NCBI GenBank assembly: GCA_001643675.2
Contig: LSRY02000025.1
Span: 620,001 to 684,000, forward strand
Origin: Monocercomonoides exilis PA203
Taxonomy: Eukaryota > Protista > Preaxostyla
Reading direction: 5' to 3'
Length of the DNA stretch: 64,000 nucleotides
Shown here: positions 40,294-53,482 of the stretch, piece after piece
Position numbering within the stretch: the first letter of the stretch is position 1
Layout: every line of letters begins with the position of its first letter
Notes under the pieces: model-generated
The model's input: only the letters and a program-made list of their open reading frames with translations
Told to the model about the DNA's origin: nothing
The model's database searches: none
Made by a program: the position numbers and the translations under genes

Positions 40294-40896
40294 ATGAAAT
40301 TAATGTGGCACGATATTTAGAGCTCCACCCATTTTGTAGAAATCACTGTAAATCAAAACATAACTCAAGTAAAAATATTTTATGGTTCACACAATCAAAA
40401 TAGGAGAAACATTTTTACTCCTTTATTATTGTTTTCAAATCACAATACTCACATTTGTTTCATTTTATCTCATTGAATATAGAATCAATAGAACACAATG
40501 ACATTCTGAAAAAATATCATTTTTGCTAATGAATCTTCTTTGACTTAAAGCTTTGACATTGATGAAAATGAAAGAAAATATGTTGTTTCTGCAACAACTT
40601 TTTGAGAATTACATATCTGAAATTTCAAATGTCTTTTGAGATTTCATGGAAAATGGAATAATTACACTTTTCGTAGCTTTGCAATCGATCAAATAAATTA
40701 ACAGCAAACAAAAACTTATTCCATGCACATAAACATTAATCTTTATTTCGGTAAAAAACAACAAATAAAACATAAAAACGATGAAAGTGTAGTTGCAAGA
40801 AGTGAAAAAAACCAACAATTTTAATATATTTAAAAAAATAACATTTTTTTAAAAATAGAAGAAATGAATGAAAGAGGAAACAGCAGTGAAGTGTGA

Positions 40897-43800
40897 TTAA
40901 GAGTCCAGAAAGTCGAGCATCGTCTTCCACGCATCTTTCTCCAAGTTGATCGTCGCCAGCTTCGTCGCAGCATCAGAGGGCATCCCAGGCACAGCCGGCC
41001 TCCCAATCGACGGCAGGAAAGGCGGCCACAAATCAACACTGCAGGGCAGTTTGATGTGCTTCCAGGTAAGCTCTTTCTCCTGCTGCATCTGCGACGGGTC
41101 GAACATCACCGACCCTCCCTCGCGTCCGTACGAGTACCCAAACACCGACGAGCCAAGCCCCGTCGGCGCCCCCATCAGCGACGGCGTCCGTCCTTGAGCA
41201 TTCGACTGCCCAAACAGCACAGACGATGTGTCTCCTCCAACAGCATTTCCTCCACTTCCACCAGCCACACTCGCACTTGCACTGCCACTTGCATCGTTTC
41301 CTCCGCCCATCGGCCCAGGCGTCCCAGAGACTGCCGTGTCTTCGTGGGTCAGATGTGCCGTGTGCACACTTTCTGAGTCATTCGAGCTTGTTCGTGATGC
41401 TCCCAGAGAAGAAGATGCCAATGGAGATGATCCAATCCCTGTTCCTCCCTGTTGCCCCAGACTCGCACTCGACGAGGCTGTTGAGAGAGGCGGCTGTGAA
41501 CCGCTGCCGGCACTGAGTGTGCTGTGGGACGAGCTCAGCGACGAGATCGGGTTCAGTGGAGAGGTGCCAAGATATCCTGTCTTCCCTCCTCCTCCTCCTG
41601 TCATCGTGCCAACTTTGCTCATGCTCATCCCCATTCCCATCGTCATTCCTATGCCTCCTGCACCACCACCTCCCATCATCCGCTTCCGCTTCTTCCTCCT
41701 GTCGTTCTTCTCTTTCTCCAGCGCCATTCGTGCCACGAGTGTCTCGCACATCGACGTCGACGGCCACACTGTGTCATTGTCGAACGACACAAGCAGAATA
41801 TCTCCGATGCATTTCTCCGGGCGGATAGCAGCCGCGTCCAGATCTGAGGGTGATGCACGCGCCAGTGCCCTTTCATAGAACCTGGAGGTGTTTGTCATCT
41901 CGAACGAGGAGTAGTAGCTTTCGTCGAGGGGAAGCTGGAGATACGGCAGTACAGCGCCTTCAAACGTGAACGGCGGGCGGGGCTTTGAATGGTCCGTCGG
42001 GCGAGGCGCCTCGAAGATGTGGGAAGGCGGCGAAATGGCGATGATCTTGTTGAACATCGTGGTGAACCGCGACGCGAGGGAGAGCAAATACATAGCACCT
42101 GTGCGGTATCCGATGCAGTGCACCTGCGAGAAGTCAAGTGCAGAGCAGTACGGCTGCGTCGTCCGCAGCTTGTCCAGCAGCATCAGCACGCCTTCAATCG
42201 GAACACAGCGCGACAGCCTCGGAAGAGTACCCTCTGGACGCGTGTCCTGATACGCTACTGCAAACGAGGCAAAGCCGTGTGACGCCAACAGCGCTGCCAC
42301 ATGGCCAGACCACACAAACCCGCCCTTTGCCAGCGTCGGTCCACCCCCAGCAGCCATAATGATGACCACCGGAAGCAGCTCCTGCTCGTTGTTTTCGCTG
42401 TCTCCGTCGCCAATGATGTTGCCGTTGGCATCCACATTCAAATTATTGTTGTTTTCTCCTTCTCCAGTTGCGCTGCGTGGTGGAACAGACGTGTGTGTCG
42501 AGTGCAGCTGAGATGGTGATTGAGAAGGCGTGGCAGAAGCAGATGTCGGTGCTGAAGGGGTTGCCGTTCCGTCTTTTGCTTCTTTTCCGTTGTTTGACAT
42601 ATCACCTGTCAAATTTTCGTTATCGTGCTCATGTTGTGCTTCTCCTCCGGCTGATTCGGAATTGCTCTGCCTTTCAAGTTGCTCTCCATTTTCTCTCTCT
42701 TCGTGTTCTGAATGAGGAGTCCCCATGCTTTCACCACCAGTTTCACCTGGGTTCATCCCCAAATCATCAGCACTTCCTTCTCCTTCTCCTTCTCCCTTTT
42801 GACTCCTCTGCTGCTCTGCTCCATTCTCCATCTCCTGCGACACATCCAATCCAGGCGCAAACCCTTCTTGCCTCTGTTGATCCTGATCCTGTTCTTGAGT
42901 CATATCATATTGCTCGTATTTCTGTGAGAAGTCCGGAAGCGGCGGCAGGAATGCCCTGACACCGATGCCTTCAATCTCCCAGCTCTCAATCTCTGTGTCT
43001 TCAGTCACATCAGACGAGATCCACGTCCTTCGCATCTCAACCGACGCTGCCAGGTTGTCCTTTCCCAGTGTGATGTCCAGACGATACGTCAGGTCTTCCA
43101 AAGAGCGTGTGTCTTCCAGGAACGTCTGGCACTGGTTGTTCAGACACATCTCGAACCGTGGCGGAATCCTGCCTCTGCGAATGCGACGCTTCTTCTTCTT
43201 CTTCTTCACGACCATCATCTTCTGAGTGCCCGCTGCATGTGGTGAGCCATCGTAGTTCATTCCTGTTCCACCCATACCTGATGAGCTTGGTGTTGTCGGT
43301 GACATCATCACAGACCCTCCGTCTCCTCCTTCGCTTGCACTCATTCCGCGTGCATGCTGGTTATCTCCCTCTTCTCCTTCTCCGTTCAGCTCCCCAGAAT
43401 CCACGCGTCCTTCGATGCTGAGCCGTCTTTCGTGCTTCTCCCTTCCTTTCCCGTTCGACTGCGGAGTCTGCTCGTCTCTTGTGGTTGATGCGAGCGTATC
43501 TTCAGGCACTTCATGAATGATTCCAGTTGTGTCAATTATCCCCATCGCATTCCCTGCCCCGCCCATTCCAATGCTCTCTCCATCCACTACTGCCCCACCC
43601 ACTCCGTATCCCTCACCAAACTCGCCTTCCTCTGCCTCTCCGACAAGCTCGGCTCCAATCTCCTCCAGCGTCTGGCCTGTCGCTTCCACAACATACTCAC
43701 CATCTTCCCTTTCAACCATCAGAATCCTTTCGAGATATTCTTCTTCCTCGTCTGCTTCCTCCATCTTCCCAACCATCTCATCATCGTCGTCATCAGCCTC

Positions 43801-46765
43801 TTCTGCCTCCATCCTTCGCTTCTCCTCTTCCTCCATCTCTTCAATCTGCATCTGCTCCTCAATGCTCAGCTTCTCTCTCTCCCTCAAAATCGCCTTCCTC
43901 GTCTGCTCATCCATCGCCGACGTGATCATCGTCATCCCAGAAATCGCTTGAGTTGCCCCTCCATTCGAACCCGATCCAGAAGCAGAGCCACTTGCAGACG
44001 CACTCCCTGGAGTTTCTGCATTGTCTACTGCATCTTTGTCTGCTGCGCCGCCTCGCTCGCTTCCAACACGCGACCCGCTGCGCGCACCACCGCCAGCACC
44101 GCCAATAGCCATGCTCTTCTCCTTCTCTGGTTCCATCGCCCAGAAGAAGCCCATTGCATCCGCCAGTGTGTACATCCCAGTTGTTGGTGATGTTGTAGGC
44201 AAAGAGATTGTTCCCTTCCCATCAGACAGGAAATCAGCACGTGAGCGCCACAGCCTTTCCCCGCTGTTTGTTGCAACGATCAGCTCCAGCGTGACAGGGG
44301 TGACAGGCTCCAAGTCAACCACTTTGATCACAAAGGCCGTGTCGTGCTCAGAACCTCCCTGCGCATCGGAGGGTGTGAACTCCACACGAACAGGGCGGAT
44401 CGAGTCAGTCTGCTTGCGCAGTGCTGCTTGTGTGGTCATCCATTCGAGTGCTGGGTTTTTCCCGGTTGTCAGCAGAGTGCGGTTCTTCTGTACGTCCTGA
44501 AGGAAGTAGATGAGGTTGAGACTGCCCTTAGCGATACCGAGATTCACACGGGCCTGAGATGTTTGTATCAAGTGATAGACAATAGCATTTAAGAAGAATA
44601 GAAATTGAGAGTGAAAGTCAAAAATAAAAACAATAATAATAATAATAAAATTGCTAAAAAATGGTTTTTATATATGCTCAATAGATTCAAAATAATAAAG
44701 AATTAATCTTTAAAGCTCAATTCCTTCCCCTGAAACATTTCACACTACAACTTCAACTCGTCTCTTCTCTCACACATACCTGCTCGATAAACCCGCTCTG
44801 GTTCTGTGGCACAATCTTCATTGTGGCTGTTGCACCGACTGTCAGTCTGTGTGCTGTGTGTTGCGCATTTCCTTTCTTCTCCTTCCCTTGGCCCATCAGC
44901 TCATCATCCTGATCATCCTCCCCAAACCCTCTCCCTCGCATCTTCTCTTTCCCTTTGTCTTTCCCTTTCCCTTTCGCCCCAACCCCAATCTTCGTCAAAA
45001 TCGCTGCTTGCTGCTCTGCCTGCCATTTCTCCTGCGAAGTCTGTGTTGCTTTCCTCGCAGATTTGAAGTTCTTCTCAAAAAATTGAATAGCTTCATTGAA
45101 TTTCCCTGTCTTAATCAGAATCTGCCCAAGTGTCGATGTCTGCTCTCTTGTGTTCTCTTCCGCATCACCTCCTTCTTTCTCGCTCCCAACGCTCGCCACT
45201 GACTTCTTGCTCCTCTTCATCGACGCCCCAAAGCTCCTCTCTTTCGTCTCGTCCAGATCTTTCCCTTCGCCTGCTCCTTCTCCTCCTTCTGCCCCCTCCG
45301 CTCCACTTCCTCCTTCCGCATTCCCTCTCTCTGCAATTGTCATTCTCAGCTCAAGATACTTCACAGCCTCGTCCATCCTCCCAACAGCTGTAAATGCGCC
45401 TGCAAGCGCATGACACGCCTCCTCTGCACCTGTCGTGTCTCCTCTCGACTCGCACAGCTCGAGCAGCTGCTGGCTGTGCTCAATAGCCTGCTGATAGTCT
45501 TTGATCTGCTCACAGTGAGTCGCCAGTCGCCGCAGCGCCCGCACCTCACACGCTACGTTGCCAGACGCACGTGCCATCTCCAAAAATTTGGTCAAGTAAA
45601 GTGTCAGCTCTGCCGATATCTCCTGCAGCTTTGTGTCGTACAACGCTGCCTGCTGCGCTGCTGACTGTTTTTCTTGCTGGCTGGCTGACGAAACAGAAAT
45701 AGAAGAGCGATGTGATGCCAATGACATTGTCGTGGGATCCTTGCCACGGTCTCCCAACACTGACGCATTCAGGTCGCTTCCAATGGTCGAGCCCAGGGTG
45801 TCTCGATCTCCAAAAAGCGATTCTCTTTCTGTGCCCAAATGAGATGCATCAGACATCCTCCGAGAACTCATCAAGTCTCCTCCACCACCAACGGCACTGC
45901 TTCCCTGTGAAATTGCGCCCATCCCTAACAGTGCAGTTGAAAGTGACTGAAGACTCGGGCCTCCAAACATCGATCGCGCAGTACGGTCGCCTCCTGAAGC
46001 TGTTCCACTGGATGCTCCTGCAGCTCTTCTTCGTCCTCCTCTCCCTTCGGCTCCTGCTCCCTGAGTGGGATGGGAAGCCATGTGTTGCTGTTTATCGCTT
46101 TCTAGCTTGTCTGCCATTTGCTCATAAATTTGCATCAAATAGTCCTTTCCGGACTGCTGTTCTTCCGAAGTACCACAATCATTTACAAGATTCAAATACC
46201 GCTCATAATATGAAATAGCCTCCTCTAATCGTTGAAGTGTTTGGTTTCCTTTTGCAAGATAAATACACGCATCTGCTTGAAGTGATGGGAGTTGCGCGTT
46301 CGTAGCACAATCAAGTGCTTTTTTGAAAAAATGCAAAGCATTTCGAATGTCTCCAATTGAATTAAAAAATGTTGCTGTTTTTTTATATGATTCGTACACA
46401 AGTTCAGGATTGCCTTCCCTTTCTGCTGTTTCTGCTTGGCATAAATGATCCTTTAAATACGGTAAGCTTACAAATAGATCACGTTTTCTTTTCTGTTCTT
46501 GTGAAACATCTTTGGTTTTCTTATTTTCCATTTGTTCAGCAGCTGTTTCAATCCAATCAACATCTTTAGTAACTCTAAAAAATTCAGAAAATGAACTTAC
46601 ACATCCGCTTGTAAGAATTTCAAGGCAGTAATTATGTCTTGGAGTGTTGCTTGTCATCGAAGAATCAGAAAGAGGTAATTCAGGTATTGCTGTGAAAACT
46701 GAAGGTGGTGCATGTCTAGGTATCTTTTTCGTAGGCCTTGCTAATGTTGCTTTAGCAGAGTTCAT
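40897..46765 (-). CDS. TTC29-like TPR protein fused to an acyl-CoA thioesterase/BAAT-like alpha/beta-hydrolase (about 1880 aa). Exons 46765-44780, 44553-40897
   Basis: RHNYCLEILTSGCVSSFSEFF and LKDHLCQAETAEREG resemble the TTC29 N-terminus, followed by TPRs and EQ|ARVNLGIAKG spanning a phase-0 intron (CAG|GTATGT...CTCAG). Then ACOT/BAAT N-domain (PVTLELIV...WRSRADFLSDGKGTISL...DAMGFFWAMEP) and C-domain (AALLASHGFASFAVAY, DNDTVWPS, DAWKTMLDFL). Confidence 0.85.
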
Positions 46766-47775
46766 CACGTTTTTGAAAATTAGTTCCTTTTAAAAAGGAA
46801 AAAGAAAAGTTTGAAATGAACGGTTGTGGTTGGATCAGAGTGTCCATTATTATGATGTTTGAGATATAAAATTGATTTCTTTTGTTTATATAATCAATAA
46901 AAGCAACATTATTTCACGCTATGAAAAGGACGTATATGTTTTAGATTTTTATTTTGAGAAAATGAGAAAATTTGGATTGTTTAACCAATCGACTATTGGA
47001 ATTTTATAAATTCAATTGATGCAGAAGCTAAATAATTTTTTATAATTTTGTTAAACGTGAAACATGTAATGAAAATTGTTTGATTATTATTATTCACTTA
47101 TTTTTATTATTGAATTCGAAATATTTAGGTTTGAAAACAATTTGAAAATTTTCTTTAAGGAAGTGGGAAAAGGGGCGAGAAAATTAAAAAGAAGCAAAAA
47201 TGCCTTTAAATATAACAAATTTTGAAAAGGAAAAAAGAAGAATATTGAAAAACTCCCCAAAAATCTTTTTTTCAAAATATTTGACAATTTTGTTACAATC
47301 ATTGGAATCATTGTTAGTCTACTTAAAATTTAACCAAGATTTTCTGGATTCGTTTGCCTTCTTGGGTGTTGTGTAATTTTGTTCATTGCTTTCTTCTTGA
47401 CTTTTCTTCTGGAAGATTTGTTATTGCATTTGATGCATTTTAAGCAAGAACACAACAGAAATACAATTTTTTTCAATTGAATTTGAAAAAAAAAATTGTT
47501 GCCTCTGTGTGTGCAGAACAATTTGTGGATGCATCTTAGAAATTGCAGAAATTATGTCTGCTTATTCTTTTTTTCTCAAAATGTCTCTTTTTCAAATTTC
47601 AACAATAAAATCGAAAGCCAAGCTTCTTGAAAGAAAGGAATTAATTATTCATTTATAAAATAACCTTCCAAGAGAAATAAGTTAATATATTTCCATATAT
47701 TTCAGGGTTATTAAATACCACTATTTTCTTTGATCATAAATACCACACTCGATCAATTTTTCATTTTTCCACTAA

Positions 47776-49374
47776 ATGGGGGGAGGGAACTCAAAGATAA
47801 TCGAAGAAAGGCTCACGATTTTAAAATCGAAGCCAGTTGTTGGTTTGCTTTTGATACTATTTGTTTTCTTTATGTATTTAAATGGTTGCATTGGATAAAT
47901 TTCAGGGCAAGTATTTTTGGACCAGTTTTTGGATTCTTTGACATCAGAAGTTGATTTTTCTGTCATTACTCATTATGAAATCAGAGAGATATTTCGTTCA
48001 TTTCCTCAGAATATTATTACTCTTATCAATTTTGTTGTTGAGATTCTGGAGAAATTTGAAAGAAATCCTCAATCAGAACAAGAGCAAAAAATATTATTTT
48101 GCATTAAACTTCTGACAAGAATCATTTCTGTTCTTAATGAGCCAGAATTTAATGAGTTTACACAGCAATACTTCTGGCAGAGCTGGCATGGATCATCTGG
48201 AAAGCTTAGAGGCAAATTTTTGCTTCATTTGATAATGAAATTACTTTTCCTCCCTGGATTCACATTAGAGTCACGTGCACCATACAAATTTGTAAGTGAA
48301 AAGCAACCAGAAGAATTGCTTTGGGATCATATCTGGACAAGTGGAATTGCTGTTATTCGTCCAAAGCCTTCAACTCCAAATCATCTTGAAGCACGACTCA
48401 CCCTCATCCGCCTTTTGCTTGTGTGCATCTCCAGCCAGTTGTATTACACAATGGGTTTGCTTTTAAGAGTATTTCCTGTATTCACTTTTGATTTATTATA
48501 ATTTTTTTAGAGGAATCAATTAACAGAGTTGATCCTTGGGTGGATGAGCTATCAAATGAATCGCTACCATTCAGAGTTTGACATTTATATTTCCCTCTCT
48601 TATTTTAGTTTTTAAATAAATAATTTTTAAATTTTATTTAATACACAAATAAATATTTATCTGAAAAAAAAAATCTTACAGAGCGAGCTTATGATATCCC
48701 TTCTGAACAGCGTCTTTGGGTACAACCCTAACTGGAAGACGCCGTATGGGGCGATGCTGTGGTCAAGTGATAAAGAAGGCGCCTTTGCTGTTGACTGCCT
48801 GCGCCTGCTGAACTGTCTTGTGGAACACCCGGGCAACATCCGGATTATGCGAGATGCGAAGGAGAGGCAGCTGAAAGAGGCGAAAGAGCGGGAGGAGAAG
48901 GAGAAGCTGCTGAAGATGCAGGAGCAGCAGGCGCGTATGATGATGTCGGGGATGCCCTTTGGGCAGATCATGGCGGCGATGATGAGAGGGAGCATGAGTG
49001 GTCCATATGGCGGGATGGGGCCGATGAACACGATGGGCGGGGTGCCGCCGCTGATGGCGCCGAAGAATGCAATTGGGGGTGGGATGATGAATGGGATGAT
49101 GGGTGGAATGAATGGGATGAATGGGATGAATGGGATGATGAGTGGGATGGGTGGAATGGGCAATGGAATGATGGGAGGAATGAATGGAATGGGAGCATTT
49201 CCTCCATCCGGTGCAAATGCCGGAAGAGGAGCTGTTCCGTTTGGGCAGATGAGTCCGCTAGCACAGATGGGCAGAGGAGGCGGAATGTTGGCTCCTCCGA
49301 ACAATCCATTGTCTTCATCAATGCCGTCTTCACAGTCAGCTTCTGCTCTTCCATCTCCTTCTGATATAGCTTCA

Positions 49375-49412
<38 letters not shown>

Positions 49413-52113
49413 TGAATCAGCTTCTGCTTCCTCCTCCTCCTCTTCTTCTTCTTCCCTCGCCCCCATCTCCATCCCTCACTTCTCCATCGAAGGCGTCTCG
49501 TCTGCCACAGCCTTCTTCCCCGACTTCATCCGCCGCTCGCCCTGGCTCTACTCCACCAACACTGCCTCCTCCTCTTCTCCTTTCTCCTCCCTCTCCTTCG
49601 CTGCAACTGGATTTCTTCGCCTGCTGAAGAACCCAGTTGACGTGGCGCGCAAGCTAATCCCGTCGTCGGCACACCGCTTTGACGATGTGCAGGACTTACT
49701 GGTGCTGGCGTGGAAGTTCCTGGTGGAAGGAGGAGCACCCACAGATCAACTGTCTGCTCCTTCTTCTTCTTCTTCTTCTTCTTCTTCCTCTCACTCACAC
49801 AACACAACAGCCAATGGCGCTGCTTCTAATGACGTGGCCATCTCGTTTGTGGACTTTGTGCTGAACGATGCAGCATGGCTGAACGAGTTCACCACCTGCC
49901 TCGTCTTCTTCCTCAACCAGGCGCTCTCTCAGATCAACGCCGGCGGAGCTGCTGCCTCAAAGGACCCCTTCACCACCCACTTCACACAGACCACGACGAT
50001 CCAGCTGTGCATTAACATCCTCCTCTACCTCAGCGCCTTCCGCTCCTTCTCGGTCTCTCTCAACCTGCCTCTCGTTGCCTCTCTCCGTGTGCCCATCCAA
50101 CCTGCCTTGAGCGACGGAACCGTCGGAGACCAGCTGATACTGTCGCTGCTGCACTGCTTCAGCCGCTACTCTTCCTCAACTGCGGTCTCCTCCATCGACA
50201 CCCCCATCGCTTCCTATCTGTTCACTGCCTCTTCTTCCTCTGGCGCGGCTCTGGCAGGGACGATTCTGACGATCCTGTGCAACATCTCCCCCTTCATCAA
50301 GTCAGTTGCGAAGATTCCAGCGTCTGCGCTGGTGGACTGCCTTGTGGGTGTGGCTCGGCCCATGTTCTTTTATACGCACTTGGGCCATGTTTTTGACTAT
50401 CTGAGGGATTTATTGGAGGTGTTTAAGAACATTGTGCAGTATCAGGCAGATGGGAACTCGTTTCTGATCTACAATCTTGTGTGCCATGCAGATGTGATTG
50501 AGAAGCTGGCGGAGACGAGGACGAAGAAGAAGAAAGTGATGCGGCCGGTGAAAAGGGCGATGGAGGTGAAGGGAGAAGGAAAAGAAGGAAAAGAGAAAGG
50601 TGAGAAAGGTGAAGGAGAAGAAGGAGAGGAGATGGAGGAAGTGGAAGAGGAAGAACTGGATGATTATCCAGCAGAACTCGATATTCGAACGAAGCAGATG
50701 GCTGAGGCAGTGATGAAGGTGTATCAGGACATTCAAGTAAAGATGAGTGAAAAACCCGAGGCGCTTAAGGAGGAAGGAGGAGGAGAAGGGAAAGAAAAGC
50801 AAAACGAGAAGGAAGCAAGCAAAAACAGTGTGAAGGACGCAGAGGAAAGCGAAGGAGCGAGAATGATGGCGATGCCTGGGACGGGGAAAGCAAACAGCAA
50901 CAGCAGCAGTGGAAGAGAAGTTGATTCATCAGCCCCTGCAATGGTGCTGCCTTCAGTGCCCACTTTTGACTTGTCGCAGCCATCGCTTCCCAAACAGCCA
51001 GCTTCACTGCCAAAGGATGCAGTGCAAAACGGGAAGTCTGCAGCAGAAGGGTCAATGAATGCTGCTACTTCATCATCTTCCTCTTCCTCTTCCTCCTCTT
51101 CATCATCATCTTCTTCTTCTTCCTCTTTACTTCCACCCCAGACTCTTCCACCTCTTTCCTCCATTCTCCCACCTAATGGCCAGTCCGTGCGCCCACCCGT
51201 TGCCTGGATCCGGCAGAGGAAAGCGACACTTCCGGTCGCGCCTCTGCTGCATCTGGTGCGCTATCTGTCTCCCTTGTTCATCTCCACACCCGCACGCCGT
51301 GCTGGGATCATCCCAACAGCCTCGTCTTATTCGACAGCCGGGTCAGGCGCCTCTCTTGTTGGCGTGCCGCTGGGCAGTCTGAATGCTTCGGGGTTGCCTG
51401 GAAGAGGAGGAGGAGGAGGAGGAATGGGAGCATCAGCAGGAGGAGCAAGTGGCTCAAACAACACAAGCAGCGGAGGAAGCAGCGGAAATAGCGGCAGTAA
51501 TAATAGCAACAGTGCTGGTAGTTCTGCTCAGGCGTCTGAGCAGATGCTGCTGGCGAGTGGAGAAGTTCCCTTGGCGACTGAAGAAGAGAACATCGCGTTT
51601 CTGAAGAAGCTGACGCTGGTGGGTGTATTGCCTGTGCCGCATCCAATCTACATCAGGCGGTTCCAGCCGAACGAGGCAACGTCTTCGTGGTTTGCAGCGA
51701 TTATGTGGGGGAATGTGGTGTTTAAGTACGGCAGCCGGAAAGGGCTGAGCGGAGGAGGAGGAGGGCTGGACGGAGGAGAGAAAGGAGGGAAAGGGAAAGC
51801 TGGGCCGGATCCGGACACGCCAGCAGCAGGTGCGACGTCGGCGGTGCTGTGGGACGAGACGAAGATTCGGTATTTTGATGCAGAGGAACCGGAGAAGACG
51901 AATGCGCAAGGCGGACAAGGAGAAGGAATGGGAGGAGAGGAAAGGAGTGGGAGTGGGAGTGGGATGATGATGCAATCGTCACCATCATCTGCTTCTTCCT
52001 CATCATCTTCGTCATCATCATCATCTTCTTCTTCTTCTTCATCTTCTTCTTCCATTCCATCAGCTTCTGGCGCTGATCCTCATAGATTTGATCAGCCTCC
52101 GATGCCTCTTTAA
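47776..52113 (+). CDS. HID1: HID1 (Hid1/Ecm30, dymeclin-related) Golgi protein. Exons 47776-47842, 47906-48454, 48511-48575, 48682-52113
   Basis: Myristoylation-type start MGGGNSK; PQNIITL, IKLLTRII, LLFLPGFT, IWTSGI, LLNSVFGYNP, NIVQYQADGN, TLVGVLPVPHPIYIRRFQPN, LWDETKIRYF; three GT-AG introns in frame. Confidence 0.9.
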
Positions 52114-52687
52114 GAGTGAGTTATTGCACTTTTGTTAGGTTTGTTAGGCTTGATTGGGCTTGCATTGAGTTTAAAGTTATGTACGTTTGTTGCTTTTTAA
52201 GAATTTGTGAAGCAATTTTCATGTCATGCGGAATTATCTTCACGCTCACTTCTCATTTGCACAGTTCACCTTTTGCTTTTTTTTTCTTATTAAAAAGGAA
52301 AACAAAAGGGTTTTTAGAGTAAAATAATCGAGAAATGAAATTAGGAATGGTTAATTGTTTCAGGAGAAAAACATAGAAAAATCTTGCTTGTGAAAATTGA
52401 TAAGTTCTGTTGTTAAAAAAAAGAGTTGCTAATCAATGAATGAAGAAATTAGTTGATTTTCAAGAATGATTTCCCTGCGATATTTCCTTGATGACGCTCT
52501 CTTTTTTTGAATGGACTTTCCATTTTTAATCAAAACAATATTTCCCAATGTTTTGATAAATGCCAGTTCAAAAATCTTCTCCATGTCTTCGTCAAAGTTC
52601 GACACAAAGAAATGTTCAAATTATCGCTTATAATCACAATATTTTCCGAATTGTTTCATTTTTATGTTCAAATTTTTGATTTTTGTT

Positions 52688-52825
52688 TGAATGAAGGAAT
52701 GAAAATAAAACCAGTTGAAAAATGCAAAGAAGAAGGGATGAAAGAAATCGAGGGGAAAAGAGAATTTCACTCTTTCGGATCGTTTTCATATAACGAGAAA
52801 GATGAGCAGAATTTTTGTGTATTGG
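52688..52825 (+). repeat. Dispersed repeat, paralogue of 10660-10795
   Basis: Long identical blocks such as AGAAGGGATGAAAGAAATCGAGGG and ATAACGAGAAAGATGAGCAGAA. Confidence 0.8.
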
Positions 52826-53482
52826 AAAGATGTCACATATTGGTTCCCGATTTAAAACTGTGAAATAATTTGAATATTTCGCCAAATTTGACACATTTGA
52901 ATATCATCATTCGTCGAATGATATTTTTTGTTTTTAATAAAAATTATGATTCTTATTGAAAAATCCGATAAGAACATAGTTTTTTAAATCATTATCACTC
53001 AATTGGTGGAACAGATTTTTTTTTTAATTTTTTTATGGATTATGAAAAGAAAACCATAAAGATGATGAAAAATCTTCAGATTCTGTTAATAGCAACTATT
53101 TTAATAAGGATTTTTAGATTAAAGTTAAATAAAGAAGCAAATTGTTTGAGGAATGAAGAAAATTTTATATTTCTATCATATTATGAAAATAATTGTCCAT
53201 TTTTTTTGTAATGAAATTGAATTTTATTGCTAATTTGAAAGTTATTGCATCTTTATTTTTCATTAATAAAACAAATTATTAAAGTTAGAATTTTTATTTT
53301 ATAATTAATTAAAAATGATTTCTATGATAAATTTCGGACCCAAAAAGTTCCTTTTTCCCAATCTCTTTATTGTTACACATTTTTCCAAATAAATTTATTT
53401 AAAGAAACTGTTCTTTCAATTAAGAGATAATTTTCGAATTACAAAATATTGGGTTAGATCTTTTAAGTTCTTTGATTTTGCT

